A stretch of DNA of 51,429 bases from positions 1-51,429 of the forward strand of contig JASLOE010000004.1 of NCBI GenBank assembly GCA_030745655.1, in the 5' to 3' direction. Positions 49,843 to 51,429 of this stretch are shown piece after piece. The translations under genes were made by a program, and so were the position numbers. Numbering within the stretch: position 1 is the stretch's first letter; every line of letters starts with the position of its first letter. Below the pieces are notes generated by a model, which saw only the letters and a list, made by a program, of their open reading frames with translations, searched no databases and was not told where the DNA came from. The DNA is from Nitrososphaerales archaeon. Lineage in GTDB: Archaea > Thermoproteota > Nitrososphaeria > Nitrososphaerales > JACPRH01.

Positions 49843-49964
49843 ACTATGACCTTAATTATCCGAAAGTTATTTCATTATCGGTTTATTAATCCTAATATAT
49901 TGTCTCAGAAAAAATGATTATTTTCAGATATTATATATTCTATGTTCAAATAAAAAAAATTTCT

Positions 49965-50110
49965 TGGTGCGGGGGGTGGGATTCGAACCCACGAACTCCT
50001 GAGAGACGGGATATCTATTCGGCCAACTTTATACCTCAGTTGAGGCGATCTTAAGTCCCGCGCTTCCACGGTTACCAGTGCCCTCTTTGGCCAGACTCGG
50101 CTACCCCCGC
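49965..50110 (-). tRNA. tRNA-Leu(TAA) with two introns (~23/24, 37/38); CCA encoded
   Basis: GCGGGGG/CCCCCGC stem, long variable arm; introns 50084-50064 and 50049-50013 with relaxed BHB motifs. Confidence 0.88.
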
Positions 50111-50156
50111 TCAAACCTTCAAATAACTAGAGGATATATAACCATTAGAGACGGAG

Positions 50157-50705
50157 TTAAAATTTTATTTTTTGGTTAACATCGAATATTAGGACGGATT
50201 GTGGGAGTTCTATTCGCATGGTCTCAGGTCGGGGTGGAATAAATGAGAGGACATGCAATAAAACGGATTTACTTTTGTTTTTTTCTCTTAATGTGATTGG
50301 CTTAATTTTTTTTGTTTCAAGCTTTATTTCAGGGTTGAGTAGAACATCGAAGTTATACGAATATGTTTCTCCCCAGATGTCAAAAGAATATTCTACTTTG
50401 AAATATGGTATAGGTAGTGTTATCATTCTGGAATATCTTGCGGAGTGCACTTTATAGTCCTCTGGATAAAATCGTTTGTGAAATTCATCATAAAATGGTT
50501 TGATTGAGTAGACATTTGTTCGTTGATTTAATCTGCGCATAATGGGACTATATTTATTGAATTCACTATCTGGAATTCTTGATATGTTATGCTTAGTGTC
50601 TGCGTAAAGTTTAATGGATCTCTTAACGATAATCTTAAAGTTTGTATCAATTACCTTCCTTAAGTTCTCAATGAACTGATTTTCATTGCAATCATAAATG
50701 GGCAT
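50157..50705 (-). CDS. Hypothetical protein
   Basis: 182-aa ATG ORF with normal composition; family not recognised. Confidence 0.75.
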   Translation of the reverse strand: MPIYDCNENQFIENLRKVIDTNFKIIVKRSIKLYADTKHNISRIPDSEFNKYSPIMRRLNQRTNVYSIKPFYDEFHKRFYPEDYKVHSARYSRMITLPIPYFKVEYSFDIWGETYSYNFDVLLNPEIKLETKKIKPITLREKNKSKSVLLHVLSFIPPRPETMRIELPQSVLIFDVNQKIKF

Positions 50706-50712
50706 ACTTTCA

Positions 50713-50994
50713 CTACTCCATTTTTTTCAATGCTTTTACAGTTTTCTGATTTCCACATATTGTTACAATAGGATCTCTTAGATAATCTGCATCTCCTATT
50801 TCATCAGAAACTGAAATGTATTCCTGGTTCTTCTTGAATACTTTTTTTATCCAAAACTTAGCATCTGTGATTACAGTTGCTGATGCAATTTCAGTGAATC
50901 CCAATTCCGTAATTTCTTTTACCACAGTTTCAACAGGTATGTATAACGATAAACTCTTTATTTCCTGTTTACCTGATTTCTTTATCATAACCAT
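50713..50994 (-). CDS. Hypothetical protein
   Basis: 93-aa ORF 7 bp upstream of the previous gene, same strand. Confidence 0.6.
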   Translation of the reverse strand: MVMIKKSGKQEIKSLSLYIPVETVVKEITELGFTEIASATVITDAKFWIKKVFKKNQEYISVSDEIGDADYLRDPIVTICGNQKTVKALKKME

Positions 50995-51107
50995 TTACTA
51001 TTTTGTCTTACTATCTAATATCTGTTGCAGTTCTCGCATTAATTTGATAAATAAATATTATTGTATCCATAAAACTTAATCAATATCTTCTGGAGTCTAA
51101 ATATAGT

Positions 51108-51240
51108 GGGCTCGTAGCGCAGCATGGATAGCGCGGCAGTTAGTTTATTGGCCGAACCTCCTATGCATGCCGGCGACAGCTGTAGAAGATCATTATTGAT
51201 CTTTGGCTAAAGGTCGAGGGTTCAAATCCCTCCGAGCCCG
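51108..51240 (+). tRNA. tRNA-Arg(CCT) with three introns (30/31, 37/38, 43/44)
   Basis: GGGCTCG/CGAGCCC stem; removing 51140-51156, 51164-51177 and 51184-51210 gives a 75-nt cloverleaf with GCAGC/GCTGT anticodon stem. Confidence 0.88.
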
Positions 51241-51429
51241 CTTTAAGATATCTTTGATTATAATCTGACACTTCATCTTTTATTTGATAATTTAAGGTAA
51301 TATATGTGAGAATAAAGAAAAACGACTATTATGGACATATGATTAATATTTACTCATCAATTTAGATATTTATCACATAATAACTTCATAAAATAAACAC
51401 AGCATTAATATAGCTATTACTAATGTATG

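Noticed and set aside
48169-50012. Direct repeat GTGGGTTC(A/G)AATCCCACC as attL/attR of an integrated element
   Set aside because: Both copies are T-arms of complete, different tRNA genes; no integrase present
49905-50114. 69-aa ORF in the track
   Set aside because: It is a translation of the intron-containing tRNA-Leu gene
1-51429. CRISPR array, IS/transposase, provirus, intein or rRNA
   Set aside because: No regularly spaced repeats, recombinase motifs, oversized host genes (atpA and nrdJ are normal length) or rRNA-like stretches seen

Overview
AT-rich (~35% GC by eye) core-genome window from an archaeon, most likely a deep-branching Nitrososphaerota (Thaumarchaeota/TACK). Supporting genes include egsA, CdvB, a divergent FtsZ, TFE, TiaS, Trm56, L31e/L39e/S19e and an A-type ATP synthase. 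The window holds about 57 protein genes, five tRNA genes and one box C/D guide sRNA. I saw no CRISPR array, integrase or IS. The strongest candidate for an undescribed system is at 41274-46379. There, a class II ribonucleotide reductase (nrdJ) lies downstream of a gene for a winged-HTH + ATP-cone + catalytically dead class III RNR (NrdD-like) fusion. The same GTCAA-N6-TTGAC palindrome occurs upstream of both genes, which suggests a dNTP-sensing transcription factor built from a dead RNR, acting on nrdJ and on itself. Other highlights: four of the five tRNAs carry ten BHB introns in total (three each in tRNA-iMet and tRNA-Arg); a C/D sRNA whose D guide points to C34 of tRNA-Leu(CAA); a ribophorin-I-like protein; an arcadin-1 homologue; a membrane wHTH protein beside ESCRT-III; an unannotated 47-aa coiled-coil ORF inside the ATP synthase operon; and a degenerate P-II plus a possible small upstream ORF at amt. 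All family assignments come from motif recognition by eye, not from database searches.
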